From NCBI GenBank assembly GCA_017401985.1, contig JAFPNK010000001.1, positions 1,861-65,860 on the forward strand: DNA of 64,000 nt, read 5' to 3'. The notes beneath the pieces were generated by a model. That model saw nothing but the letters and a program-made list of their open reading frames with translations. It was not told the DNA's origin and made no database searches. Source of the DNA: Paludibacteraceae bacterium. Lineage in GTDB: Bacteria; Bacteroidota; Bacteroidia; Bacteroidales; Paludibacteraceae. The first letter of the stretch is position 1. The number at the start of each line of letters is the position of its first letter. This document shows positions 33,594-42,699 of this stretch, one piece after another. The position numbers were made by a program, and so were the translations under genes.

Positions 33594-34405
33594 GGATTTC
33601 ATTACATAGTATAATACCCGTGCGGGCGGAGGCGCGCGAAGGGGCGGAGCAGAACACCCAGATGCTGTTTGGGGAGTTGGCGGAGATAGTCGAGAGTCCA
33701 AAGTCGAAAGTCAAAAGCCGCTGGCGGTATGTGCGTTTGGAATCGGACGGCCAGGAAGGTTGGGTGGATGCGAAGATGTTAGCGCCGATGACGGATGAGG
33801 AGTATAGCGCTTATCAAACAGCCTATGCCCATTCGGCGATGGTGGCTTTCCCGATGGCGCTCGCGATGAGTGAGAACAACGGTCAGACGATTCCACTGAC
33901 TGCCGGCACGCGGTTGGCTAATTACAAGGACGGCCAGTTCGAAGTGCTGGGTGTGCGTTTTCGTATTGACCCGAGTATGGTGATTACGTCACCGCTGGAG
34001 ATGAACGAACAGAACCTGCTTCGCGCGGTGCGTTTCTTCTTGAATATCCCTTATCTGTGGGGCGGTAAGAATGCGTTCGGCATGGACTGCTCGGGCTTCA
34101 CGCAAGTGGTGCTGAGTCTGTTCGGCAAGCAGTTGCTTCGTAATGCTTCGCAGCAAGCCACGCAAGGCAAGCCTGTGTCTTTGGCTGAGGCTAAGGCAGG
34201 TGATCTGGCTTTCTTTGATCACGTGGGTTTGAACGACGGCGCTGCAGCTCCTGAAAAAATAACACACGTGGGTATCGTTATTGATCCCACGCGCATTATT
34301 CATTGTTCCGGTCGCGTCAAAGTGGAGAAACTGGACGAGACGGGAATATATAATATAGAGCAAGGTGGCTATAGTCACCACCTTGCATCTATCGTTACCT
34401 TATAA
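33587..34405 (+). CDS. NlpC/P60 (C40) peptidase with an N-terminal SH3-like domain
   Basis: 272 aa. The catalytic Cys is in GMDCSGF and the His in ITHVGIVID. It overlaps the nadB stop by 7 nt. Confidence 0.85.
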   Translation: MVGISLHSIIPVRAEAREGAEQNTQMLFGELAEIVESPKSKVKSRWRYVRLESDGQEGWVDAKMLAPMTDEEYSAYQTAYAHSAMVAFPMALAMSENNGQTIPLTAGTRLANYKDGQFEVLGVRFRIDPSMVITSPLEMNEQNLLRAVRFFLNIPYLWGGKNAFGMDCSGFTQVVLSLFGKQLLRNASQQATQGKPVSLAEAKAGDLAFFDHVGLNDGAAAPEKITHVGIVIDPTRIIHCSGRVKVEKLDETGIYNIEQGGYSHHLASIVTL

Positions 34406-36376
34406 TTGACTTTTCCTTCTTCTGGCTTCTTCCAGTCTCTGGGCTTTTGTCATGCCCGGGAGGAGTTGATCCAGATCCGGAATAATCAATTCCATGCCGA
34501 CCGGTAAGTTACTCGGGTCGGCTATTTTGTCTTTGTTAGCCTCGTAGATGAAGATCCAGAACTCCGGTTCTCCGTAGTGTCGTCTTGCTATCTGAGCGAG
34601 ACGTGAACCCTGGCGTACTCTCTCGGTAGTACCACCTACATTCGCATTGGAAGCAGTGGTCTGGGTCGAGGTCGTTTGTGCCGGAGCAGCTTGAGCGGAC
34701 GTTGTCGCTTGTACGCCGTTATCGAAGACCGGAACGATCTCCACGCGGCGGTCCTTGCTGAGTTGGTGCTGGCCGTTGTTGTAGCGGTACGGTTCATTGG
34801 CACCGAGGCTCTTGATGATCATCTGGTCGTCGTGAACGCCCAGCGCACGCAGTTTGTCGGCTACGGCTTGTGCACGACGGAGCGCCAGACGCTTGTTGTA
34901 ATCGGCTTTACCGAGTTTGCAAGCGTGTCCGTTGATGTACACTTTCTGTTGCGGATGTCTAACGAGGATAGCAGCGATGCGATCCAGGATGTCCGCGGGC
35001 TCCAGTTTTGGAACGGACTTGTCGAGGTCGAACCAGATGACAGCGCCCTGGAGGTGCTCATCGAGTTGCTGAGCCGGTTGGGTCGTTTGTGTCTGAACCT
35101 GTACGGTCTGCACGATATAAACGGTGTCATGGATGCGGCACAGTTCTTGGCAGACGTCGATATCGTATTCGCGTGCGATTCGTCTAATCTCATCGAGTGC
35201 ACGTTGACGCGGGTCGAGTTCGCCTTCGGTAACAACGGCTGTATCCTGTTGTTCCTCTTCGACTTGTTGTTGTCTGCGGAGTTCATCCTCCTCAGCACGT
35301 CTCAGTTTCTCGAGCTCTTCCTGCTCGCGTCTTGCTTTCTCGAGCGAGTCGCGTTCCGCTCTGCGGAGTCGGCGCATCTCTTTGTCGTACTCGCGTTTTG
35401 CTTTCTCCTTGCTTGCGTTGACGTGTACGGTGAACTTAAGACCGGCAGCCCAGGGGTGCAGCGATTCCACTTCGTTGGAGCGGAGCACGCCGTTGTAGGA
35501 CGCGGTGTACGGCATCGGATACTCGCCGGCTTTGGTGCCGTCGTAGAAGCCGAGTTGCTGCATGCCGTGCGAACTCATGACATCGTTGAAGTAATAAGTA
35601 CCGAAAGCGGAGATAGCGAGGTCCACGCGTTTGTGCACTTGAATGAGCATACCTAACTCGAGGTGTGCGGCATAGTTGAGCATGCGCAGGGACGGACCGC
35701 TGGCTTTGGGACCGATGCCGATAGCACCGTCACTTCCCGGTACGGTGATGTCTTCAATGACGGTCGGCACATCTTCCATCAACAGGTCGAAGTACTCGTA
35801 GTACACTTTGTTCTCGAAGTAACCGCCTGTAGGCATGGTGTAGGTGTTCTTGATTGGAATACCCAACTTAACGCCGGCTGTACCGATGAAACCTAACTTA
35901 CCCGGACGAGCACGGAACTTAAGTGCTAACGGAATCTCCACCATGTAGATGTTCTGACTCTCACGTAAGTTATACGGAGTCGAAGTCATGGTGTACAGGC
36001 ACCAAGGGTCGGTACCGTACTTATCGTAGGTCGTTTGTGTCCAGGGTTTGTCGAAGACAGTGCGGTTAGCGTACGATGCGAATTCTGCACCGGTACCGAT
36101 ACCCATCCACGGCAGGAAGTAATAGTTGATGCCGATGCCTGCGTTCCAAGCGGGGAACGAGACATGATTGGACGAAACGGCAGGTTGGAAATTCGAACCC
36201 AGTTGCTTGAACGCAAAACTGCTGACGCCGAGGCTACCGCCGAACTCGAAGTTCCATCCGGTAGCGATGTTCGGTTCTTCGTTACTCTTTTGCAGTACCG
36301 AATCAGGGTACTGGTTAACTGCTGATAGCGAGGTGGCTACTGCCAGAATAGCTGCTAAGATAATAGTCTTTTTCAT
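34400..36376 (-). CDS. OmpA-family outer-membrane protein with a charged coiled-coil linker and a C-terminal LysM domain
   Basis: The signal peptide is MKKTIILAAILAVATSLSA (start trimmed). A beta-barrel-like N-half is followed by an E/R-rich linker, an OmpA_C motif (NKRLALRRAQAV...DRRVEIV) and a LysM-like tail (LAQIARRHYG...IYEANKDKI). Confidence 0.8.
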   Translation of the reverse strand: MKKTIILAAILAVATSLSAVNQYPDSVLQKSNEEPNIATGWNFEFGGSLGVSSFAFKQLGSNFQPAVSSNHVSFPAWNAGIGINYYFLPWMGIGTGAEFASYANRTVFDKPWTQTTYDKYGTDPWCLYTMTSTPYNLRESQNIYMVEIPLALKFRARPGKLGFIGTAGVKLGIPIKNTYTMPTGGYFENKVYYEYFDLLMEDVPTVIEDITVPGSDGAIGIGPKASGPSLRMLNYAAHLELGMLIQVHKRVDLAISAFGTYYFNDVMSSHGMQQLGFYDGTKAGEYPMPYTASYNGVLRSNEVESLHPWAAGLKFTVHVNASKEKAKREYDKEMRRLRRAERDSLEKARREQEELEKLRRAEEDELRRQQQVEEEQQDTAVVTEGELDPRQRALDEIRRIAREYDIDVCQELCRIHDTVYIVQTVQVQTQTTQPAQQLDEHLQGAVIWFDLDKSVPKLEPADILDRIAAILVRHPQQKVYINGHACKLGKADYNKRLALRRAQAVADKLRALGVHDDQMIIKSLGANEPYRYNNGQHQLSKDRRVEIVPVFDNGVQATTSAQAAPAQTTSTQTTASNANVGGTTERVRQGSRLAQIARRHYGEPEFWIFIYEANKDKIADPSNLPVGMELIIPDLDQLLPGMTKAQRLEEARRRKSQL

Positions 36377-36390
36377 AACCGGTCCTCCTA

Positions 36391-39300
36391 TCATTTAACG
36401 ATTAACTTATGAATATCCAGACCACCTTCTGCGTCGCGAATCTCGACGTAGTACATACCCGGAACACGCGGAGCGCTGACGGTAATCTTCTCTTCGATAT
36501 TGTGAGCTTGCAGTACGCATTCTCCGGAGAAGGAGATGATACGAGCGTCGCCGGTGCACTCGATGGTGATGGTCTGTCCAGCGTTAGCCGGAACCGGATA
36601 AACGTAGCAGCGTTGCGGAGCAGCGGCAGCACCGTCAGCCGGCAGTGTGATATCACAGGTGCGGTAGGTCTTGTCCTTCGTATCCTTGAGCATGCAGTAG
36701 AACACACCGTTGAGGATAGCGCCGTTCTCGTGGTAGTACTGATCGGTCATACCCTCTTGCGGGATACCGTTCTTGTACCACTGGTAAGAAACAAACTCCA
36801 GTTTCTCGGTTGTCTCAGGCAGTGCGCCGTTCTCAGGGTTGTTGTCCACGAAGACCACGCGGTCGTACTTGCTGTACAAGTAACCACCCAGACTCGGGTA
36901 GAGACGCAGCTGACGGCTGGAGCTGAAGCAGGTGCTCTCACCGCTGTTAGCGGAGTAACCGATCTGAACCATGAGGTAGAGATCACCTGTTCCGAGGCTC
37001 GGCATGTTATCGAACTGAATCATACCCGGCGTAGTGATGGCACCGGTTGTGTCCGCTTTGCCCATGTAGGCCTTCAGGTCATCCGAGTAACGGATATAGA
37101 AGTAGTTGGACGGAATAGCGGGGTCATCGTTGTAGTAAACGGCCATGGTACCGGTTGTCTGGCACCAGCTGACATAATCCTCGTTGAAGGTGAAGTTCGG
37201 ACGCTGAGCCACTACCACTTTGAAGGTGGTATCCTTGGCGCAACGGTTGGTCCAGGTGTCACTAACGGTCCATACGTCGCCGTCGTTGTAGAACTTGTGC
37301 TCCGAACCGTCAATCCAAGTCATGGAGTACGGCAGCTCGGATTCGCAGACGGTGAAGGTGACATAGTCACGTGTGTCTTGTCCGAAATACATCGAAGCAG
37401 CACCGGAGGAGCGTTGCCAATCGCAATTCGGGTTACGCACATCGCGGTGGAAGACGAGCGTCTTGCCGATCACGTCAATGAGGCGAACCTGGTACGAGAG
37501 GGTAGCGCTGTTGGCGCCGGAAATGATTCTTTCACCCGAGCCGTTATTGTAGGTCCAGCGGTACTGGAGGTTATCGTCTCCGGAAGCGGCTGTCACTTGA
37601 CCCACGTTGACGGTGATCATAGTGGAGTTGGTCGCGTCAAACGCTGCGCAGTAGTCAGCCAATGCGCCATCCTGGATAGCACCCGGATTGAGTGCAGCCA
37701 TGATATGAATCTTACGCTGGTAGCGGCTGACGGTCCACTTGGTCCAGTGAGTGTTGTCCCATGCCTTACGGATGAAGGTGTATGTCTTTCCCGCTTCGAG
37801 ATTGAGCGAAGTGAGATTGAGCGACAGGTTCTGGTTCGTAGCACCGGAGATAGCGATTGTATCGGTTCCGTTCACCTTATACCACTGGTAGCTGTATCCC
37901 TTATCGGTGATACCACCGGTAGCGGCAGTCGCTTTGATGATGTATGCTTTGGCATCATCCACCGAGCAGAACGTGGTGTCGTTTGTCGGATTCACCTCTC
38001 CCGGATCGAGCGGAAGGAATGCATACACAACGTATTCTCCCAGCGTAGAGAGCAGGAAGTTCGGCGTGTAGCAAGCCTCGTCCATGGTACCGCGGGTGAA
38101 ACGATAGACGCCCGGGTTGTAGATCTTGTAGTTAACGAGATTGAGAGCAGTAGGTGACGGATAAACGACGGTGTCGCCATTCATCATCCACCAGTACACG
38201 ATCTCGCCGTTACCGCCATGCGAAACGGAGAAGCTGGTTGCGTTAGCCAGATAAGGCACGTTGTCGAGAATGACAGTATCGATGTCCGAGTTGATCTTAC
38301 CCGGCACGAACTCTTCATATACAATGTACTCGATGCCGGTCGGGTTCTCCAACCAAGCGCTGACACAACCGTTATCCTTGACGTAGCTGCGGAGGATATA
38401 ATGTCCAGGGCGCGACAAGTCAATCATATAGTTGTTGTACCACGTACTGTATGACGAGGTATTCGCATTATGCAGAAGCGTATCGAGGACAGTGGTGTCG
38501 TTGTTGCTGTCGATGATCATTCGCTCTACCTGGTAGGTGTAGTCACCGTCTCCGAGCCAACCGCGTGAAGCGACCGACATGTTGGAGTAGGTAGAGAGTT
38601 TGGCATTGTGGTTACCGTCGTAGCAGAAATGAAGCACTACGTCTGTTTGTCTGCTCTCGGGGTTGTAGGAGATGAATTCACCGGCGAGCAGGTCGTCAGT
38701 ACGGCGCGGACGCATATACACGATATGCATTTCGTTGCGGAGCGTTTTGTCCACGAGTACGTCCGTCTCAGAGCAAGGACGTGTCACCTCTACATCACTT
38801 CCGCTGATAGCGATCCAGCGTTCAGCACTCTTGTCTTCGCATGTCCAAACGACGCCTCCGTCTGTGCTGACGGTGAAGTCGAGCGTGAGATCATTGGCGT
38901 GGTTCACCGGATCGATTGCGTTTGCTTCGATGAACATCGGCGCGGCTGAAAGGAGCGCAGCGTCGGTTGATTGGAATGCGCTGAGGACCGGATAGCGGTT
39001 GGTTCCGTTCGACCAAGCAGGATTGCCGGCATAGAGGGTGAACATGTTCACTGTCACATCCTCCGGCGTTTGCGGGTCGTTCGCGATACCGGATTGCTGA
39101 TAATAGAGCTTGCGGTCGAAGCGGCAGTTGGTGTAGGTACCGAAGAGATCGATACCGACGAGAGCATAGCCGTTCTTGGCATAACCGGTGTTGAACACGC
39201 GTGTGAGGGTACCGCGGTTATTACGTCCCACAATACCACCGATGGTGTCATTGGCGTTGAGAATAAGACCGGCATTGTAAGCATCGGTGATGACACCGGT

Positions 39301-39840
39301 AGCAGTCAATTCGCCGACCAGACCACCGACTACATTACCTGCCACAGCGATCTCCGCCATGGACCAGCATTGATTGATGTGTCCTGCGCAGACACCGGCG
39401 ATAGCACCGACGCGGCGTTTGTTCTTAGCCACCAGATTACCTCCGCTGATACCGAGGCTATCAATCGTAGCACCTTGTGCCACATGGCCGAACAAGCCGA
39501 CACCGTCAGTAGCGTTGAACAGACGCAGACCCTTGATGAGGTGGCCTTTGCCTTTGAACGTACCCTTGAACGGTTTGGTAGCAGTTCCGATAGGTTTCCA
39601 AACTTGACCGTTGAGGTCTATGTTAGCCTGCAGTTCGATGGTGATACCGAGGAAGTCTTGATCCTGGTCCGCCAGCCAAGCTAACTCATCTGCCGATGTG
39701 ATGGTATAGACAGTGGTTCCGACGACAGCCGTTTTGGTCGTGCCGTCCCACACATCATATACCTCGTTAGCCGCACGTAGCGCGAGCGAGTACACGCACG
39801 CGAACATTAGAAATAAAAAAGGAAGAAATCGATTCTTCAT
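36391..39840 (-). CDS. Large T9SS-secreted surface protein with an N-terminal GLUG-motif domain and a type-A C-terminal sorting domain
   Basis: I trimmed the start to MKNRFLPFLFLMFACVYSLALRA at 39840, because the track ORF runs through a tRNA gene. GLUG motifs are present (VGLFGHV, VGGLVGE, IGGIVGRN). The C-terminus YVYPVPANAGQTITIE...GMYYVEIRDAEGG..HKLIVK is typical of a T9SS CTD. Confidence 0.8.
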   Translation of the reverse strand: MKNRFLPFLFLMFACVYSLALRAANEVYDVWDGTTKTAVVGTTVYTITSADELAWLADQDQDFLGITIELQANIDLNGQVWKPIGTATKPFKGTFKGKGHLIKGLRLFNATDGVGLFGHVAQGATIDSLGISGGNLVAKNKRRVGAIAGVCAGHINQCWSMAEIAVAGNVVGGLVGELTATGVITDAYNAGLILNANDTIGGIVGRNNRGTLTRVFNTGYAKNGYALVGIDLFGTYTNCRFDRKLYYQQSGIANDPQTPEDVTVNMFTLYAGNPAWSNGTNRYPVLSAFQSTDAALLSAAPMFIEANAIDPVNHANDLTLDFTVSTDGGVVWTCEDKSAERWIAISGSDVEVTRPCSETDVLVDKTLRNEMHIVYMRPRRTDDLLAGEFISYNPESRQTDVVLHFCYDGNHNAKLSTYSNMSVASRGWLGDGDYTYQVERMIIDSNNDTTVLDTLLHNANTSSYSTWYNNYMIDLSRPGHYILRSYVKDNGCVSAWLENPTGIEYIVYEEFVPGKINSDIDTVILDNVPYLANATSFSVSHGGNGEIVYWWMMNGDTVVYPSPTALNLVNYKIYNPGVYRFTRGTMDEACYTPNFLLSTLGEYVVYAFLPLDPGEVNPTNDTTFCSVDDAKAYIIKATAATGGITDKGYSYQWYKVNGTDTIAISGATNQNLSLNLTSLNLEAGKTYTFIRKAWDNTHWTKWTVSRYQRKIHIMAALNPGAIQDGALADYCAAFDATNSTMITVNVGQVTAASGDDNLQYRWTYNNGSGERIISGANSATLSYQVRLIDVIGKTLVFHRDVRNPNCDWQRSSGAASMYFGQDTRDYVTFTVCESELPYSMTWIDGSEHKFYNDGDVWTVSDTWTNRCAKDTTFKVVVAQRPNFTFNEDYVSWCQTTGTMAVYYNDDPAIPSNYFYIRYSDDLKAYMGKADTTGAITTPGMIQFDNMPSLGTGDLYLMVQIGYSANSGESTCFSSSRQLRLYPSLGGYLYSKYDRVVFVDNNPENGALPETTEKLEFVSYQWYKNGIPQEGMTDQYYHENGAILNGVFYCMLKDTKDKTYRTCDITLPADGAAAAPQRCYVYPVPANAGQTITIECTGDARIISFSGECVLQAHNIEEKITVSAPRVPGMYYVEIRDAEGGLDIHKLIVK

Positions 39841-39894
39841 ACAAAAGTGGGTTAAGTTATATATAGATTGTGTTTTGTGTTTGTTATATTTTTG

Positions 39895-39980
39895 TACCGC
39901 GAGCCGGGGTCGAACCGGCACGCCCATCACTGGGCAAAAGATTTTAAGTCTTTCTTGTCTACCTATTCCAACATCGCGGC
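39895..39980 (-). tRNA. tRNA-Leu (anticodon UAA), type II with a long variable arm
   Basis: Folded by hand. The acceptor stem is GCCGCGA/TCGCGGT, the D-stem has 3 bp, the anticodon stem AAAGA/TCTTT has loop CTTAAAA, the variable arm is CCCA-GTGA-TGGG, and the T-arm is GCCGG-TTCGACC-CCGGC. No CCA is encoded. Confidence 0.9.
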
Positions 39981-40052
39981 GGTAAAAACTCAAATCGGGC
40001 TTTCGCCTCGTTTTTTCTCGCGCCCAAAATGGCGTTCGATCAAAAAGCGGCA

Positions 40053-40084
40053 CAAAAGTACTACTTTTTTTTGATATATGCAAG
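40053..40084 (-). promoter_or_regulatory. Promoter of tRNA-Leu: cTTG-N20-TActTTTG on the minus strand
   Basis: The plus strand shows caaaagta at 40053-40060 and caag at 40081-84. The spacer contains atatcaaaaaaaaagtag. Confidence 0.65.
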
Positions 40085-40089
40085 AAAAA

Positions 40090-40121
40090 TTTGTACATAT
40101 CGATATTTTTTTGTACTTTTG
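40090..40121 (+). promoter_or_regulatory. Promoter: TTTG-N20-TActTTTG
   Basis: TTTG lies at 40090-93 and TActTTTG at 40114-21, 19 nt upstream of the ATG at 40141. Confidence 0.7.
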
Positions 40122-40140
40122 CAGCAAAATAATGATAATT

Positions 40141-40620
40141 ATGAACCGAAAAATATTAAAATTTGCATCATTTTGTCTTTTTGCGCTATTGATATGCGCG
40201 TCCTGTTCTCGTACGAGCCGAGTGGATGAATACCGGGCAGAGAAGCATGTGCGCGACTCCATCGGTTTGGTGGATCAGCAGCGCAGTTTGGCGTTTTATC
40301 AGTCGCAATTGGACTCGCTGTTGCCGGTCGCGGATTCGTTGATGACGCTGTTCAAGTATGAGAAGAACGAGCGTTATCAGGACCACGGTTATTATGTGGC
40401 GACCGGTCGGGATGGCTTGCGTGTGATGGTGAGAGACGACGGTAAAGAGCCGATTTTGATGTACCGCTACGGCAAGCGCGTAGAGGAGCATGACGATGCC
40501 GCAGTGGACCGCGCGGAGCATCTGGCGGTCGTGATGCGCGATATCAAAGAGTTGGAAAAACGCATTAGCCACACCTCGCTTGAGATACAAAAATATCAAA
40601 AAAGACTGCAAAAACAATAA
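40141..40620 (+). CDS. Hypothetical lipoprotein
   Basis: 159 aa from the trimmed start. The lipobox is LLICASC. Confidence 0.6.
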   Translation: MNRKILKFASFCLFALLICASCSRTSRVDEYRAEKHVRDSIGLVDQQRSLAFYQSQLDSLLPVADSLMTLFKYEKNERYQDHGYYVATGRDGLRVMVRDDGKEPILMYRYGKRVEEHDDAAVDRAEHLAVVMRDIKELEKRISHTSLEIQKYQKRLQKQ

Positions 40621-40623
40621 TTA

Positions 40624-40655
40624 TTTGCGTATATCAAATTTTATTTGTAACTTTG
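40624..40655 (+). promoter_or_regulatory. Promoter: TTTG-N20-TAacTTTG
   Basis: TTTG lies at 40624-27 and TAacTTTG at 40648-55. Confidence 0.7.
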
Positions 40656-40679
40656 CAGCGAAAATTAGATTCGGATACT

Positions 40680-41111
40680 ATGAGCGAAACGAAATACGAG
40701 AGTAAAATCACTTCGGCGCCCTGTTCGGCGCAGCAGATCTACCGCGTGTTGAGTAATATGCAGAACCTGGAGCGCGTGAAGGATATGATTCCGAAGGACA
40801 AGATTCAGGAGATGGAGATTGAGCCGGATAGAGTGCGTCTCAAAGTGGACGGCTTGGCTCAGAAGATTACTATTGCTATCGTCGATCGGATAGAGAACGA
40901 CACCATCAAATTCGGTGCAGAAGGGATACCGATGGACGCGCATTTCTGGATTCAGTTGAAGGAATTGAACCCGGTCGATACGCGCATCAAATTGACGGTG
41001 AAGGCGGATATTCCGTTTATGTTCAAAGTGATGATAGACAAGAAGTTACAAACGGGTTTGGATCAAGCGGCGGATATGCTGGCGCAGTTCCCATATGCCC
41101 AATGGAATTGA
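40680..41111 (+). CDS. SRPBCC (START/Bet v1-like) fold protein, hypothetical
   Basis: 143 aa from the trimmed ATG. The pattern resembles polyketide-cyclase/CoxG-like small proteins. This is a weak assignment. Confidence 0.5.
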   Translation: MSETKYESKITSAPCSAQQIYRVLSNMQNLERVKDMIPKDKIQEMEIEPDRVRLKVDGLAQKITIAIVDRIENDTIKFGAEGIPMDAHFWIQLKELNPVDTRIKLTVKADIPFMFKVMIDKKLQTGLDQAADMLAQFPYAQWN

Positions 41112-41112
41112 T

Positions 41113-41790
41113 ATGAAAAGACCACGAATACACAGAGAGGGAAGGAATCTGATCATCGGCACGGTGTTGCTGCTGTTCTTGATCAATGTACCGATGTACA
41201 TGTATTTCCCGCATTGGATTTTTGCTATTTCCTTGTCACTTACCGCGTTGCTGCTGGTGTTTGTGACATATTTCTTCCGCAATCCGGTTCGTATATTAGA
41301 GATAGACGATCCGAATTTTATTATCGCTCCGGCGGATGGCCGCGTGGTGGTGATTGAACCGACGGAGGAGAATGAGTATTTCCACGAGAAGAAACTGCAG
41401 GTGTCGATATTCATGTCACCGTTCAACGTGCATGCCAATTGGTATCCGATTGAGGGTAATATATTGGTTAGTGAGCACCAGAAGGGTCGTCACAAAGGCG
41501 CATGGTTGCCTAAATCGAGTACGGAGAATGAGCGTTCGCTGGTAGTGATAGAGACGCCGTCGAAGGTGCAGATTGCGGTTCGTCAGGTAGCGGGCGCGAT
41601 GGCGCGTCGAATAGTGACGTACGCCAAGCCGGGCCATTATGCACATCGGAATACGCATCTTGGCTTTATCAAATTGGGTTCGCGTGTAGATATGTATCTG
41701 CCGTTGGATACCGAGATGTACGTCAATGTAGGTGAACCCGTTCGCGGTAACGAGACGGTGATCGCGCGTTTGGCAGACAAAGAAGAGTGA
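41113..41790 (+). CDS. psd: Phosphatidylserine decarboxylase family protein
   Basis: 225 aa. An N-terminal TM is present. The conserved region reads IAPADGRVV...FMSPFNVH...RQVAGAMARRI, and the self-cleavage LGS motif reads FIKLGSRVDMYLP. Confidence 0.85.
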   Translation: MKRPRIHREGRNLIIGTVLLLFLINVPMYMYFPHWIFAISLSLTALLLVFVTYFFRNPVRILEIDDPNFIIAPADGRVVVIEPTEENEYFHEKKLQVSIFMSPFNVHANWYPIEGNILVSEHQKGRHKGAWLPKSSTENERSLVVIETPSKVQIAVRQVAGAMARRIVTYAKPGHYAHRNTHLGFIKLGSRVDMYLPLDTEMYVNVGEPVRGNETVIARLADKEE

Positions 41791-41817
41791 CAATAATTAA
41801 CAAAAAACAATATTACC

Positions 41818-42699
41818 ATGAACAAGTTCGAAGAATTATTTGCGCAGTACCCCTGCCCATTTACAGACGAGCAAGTAAAGGCTCAAGTAGAAGACATTCT
41901 CGCAAAGCATTTTGATGAGAACAATAATGTAGAGGTTTGGAAAGAGTGTCTGCATCAGATCGATTACACGACGCTGAGTGCAGACGATACCGTAGCACGC
42001 GTTGAGAAGATGGCTAACGCTGTGAATAACTTTGAGAAAGATTTCCCGGGTATTCCGAACGTAGCAGCAATCTGCGTTTATCCGGCCATGGCTGAGTACG
42101 TACGCAAGGCTCTGAAAGACCCGAAATTCAATATCGCTTGCGTGAGCGGTGTATTCCCCAGCTCGCAGAGTTTCTTGGAGGTAAAGGTTGCTGAGACCGC
42201 ATTAGCACTCAAAGCAGGTGCAACGGAGATTGATATCGTACTGCCGGTAGGTAAGTTCCTTGAGGGACGTTATCAGGAGTGCTACGATGAGATCGTTGAG
42301 TTGAAGGCCGTTTGCGGTGCACATCACCTGAAGGTGATTCTCGAGACCGGTATGCTGAAGAGCGCAGAGAACATCTGGAAAGCATCGATTCTGTCGATGG
42401 CAGCAGGATGTGATTTCATCAAGACTTCAACAGGTAAGATTGCTGTGAATGCTACTCCGGAGGCTACGTTCATCATGTGCAATGCTATTAAGGCATGGCG
42501 CGAGAAAACGGGCGTTAAGATGGGTTACAAACCGGCAGGCGGCGTGAGCACAACGGCTGAGGCTGTGCAACATTTCACGCTGGTAAAAGAAGTGCTGGGT
42601 GAAGAGTGGCTCAATAACGAGTCGTTCCGTTTCGGCGCTTCGCGTCTGGCCAACAACCTACTCAGTTCGATTGTCGGCACAGAGACGAAGTATTTCTAA
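41818..42699 (+). CDS. deoC: Deoxyribose-phosphate aldolase (long form)
   Basis: 293 aa. The Schiff-base Lys lies in the context DFIKTSTGK, and there is a class I aldolase pattern (ATEIDIVLP). Confidence 0.85.
   Translation: MNKFEELFAQYPCPFTDEQVKAQVEDILAKHFDENNNVEVWKECLHQIDYTTLSADDTVARVEKMANAVNNFEKDFPGIPNVAAICVYPAMAEYVRKALKDPKFNIACVSGVFPSSQSFLEVKVAETALALKAGATEIDIVLPVGKFLEGRYQECYDEIVELKAVCGAHHLKVILETGMLKSAENIWKASILSMAAGCDFIKTSTGKIAVNATPEATFIMCNAIKAWREKTGVKMGYKPAGGVSTTAEAVQHFTLVKEVLGEEWLNNESFRFGASRLANNLLSSIVGTETKYF

Noticed and set aside
31929-33701. A 590-aa ORF on the minus strand covering the whole nadB region
   Set aside because: It is antisense to a gene with unmistakable L-aspartate oxidase motifs. 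Its translation is Arg/His/Leu/Thr-rich and low in complexity, with no recognisable domain. It is a typical shadow ORF of a GC-rich gene.
34676-35656. A 326-aa plus-strand ORF inside the OmpA-LysM gene
   Set aside because: It is antisense to a frame with a signal peptide, an OmpA_C motif and a LysM domain. It has no motifs of its own.
36409-38157. A 582-aa plus-strand ORF, with further long plus-strand ORFs at 38608-39684
   Set aside because: These ORFs lie antisense to the GLUG/T9SS cargo gene, whose frame carries a signal peptide, GLUG motifs and a T9SS CTD. The antisense translations are Val/Gly/Arg-rich and featureless.
39841-40098. An N-terminal 86-codon extension of the 1235-aa track ORF
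   Set aside because: The extension reads straight through the tRNA-Leu gene (39895-39980) and its promoter. A clean signal peptide begins at the ATG at 39840.
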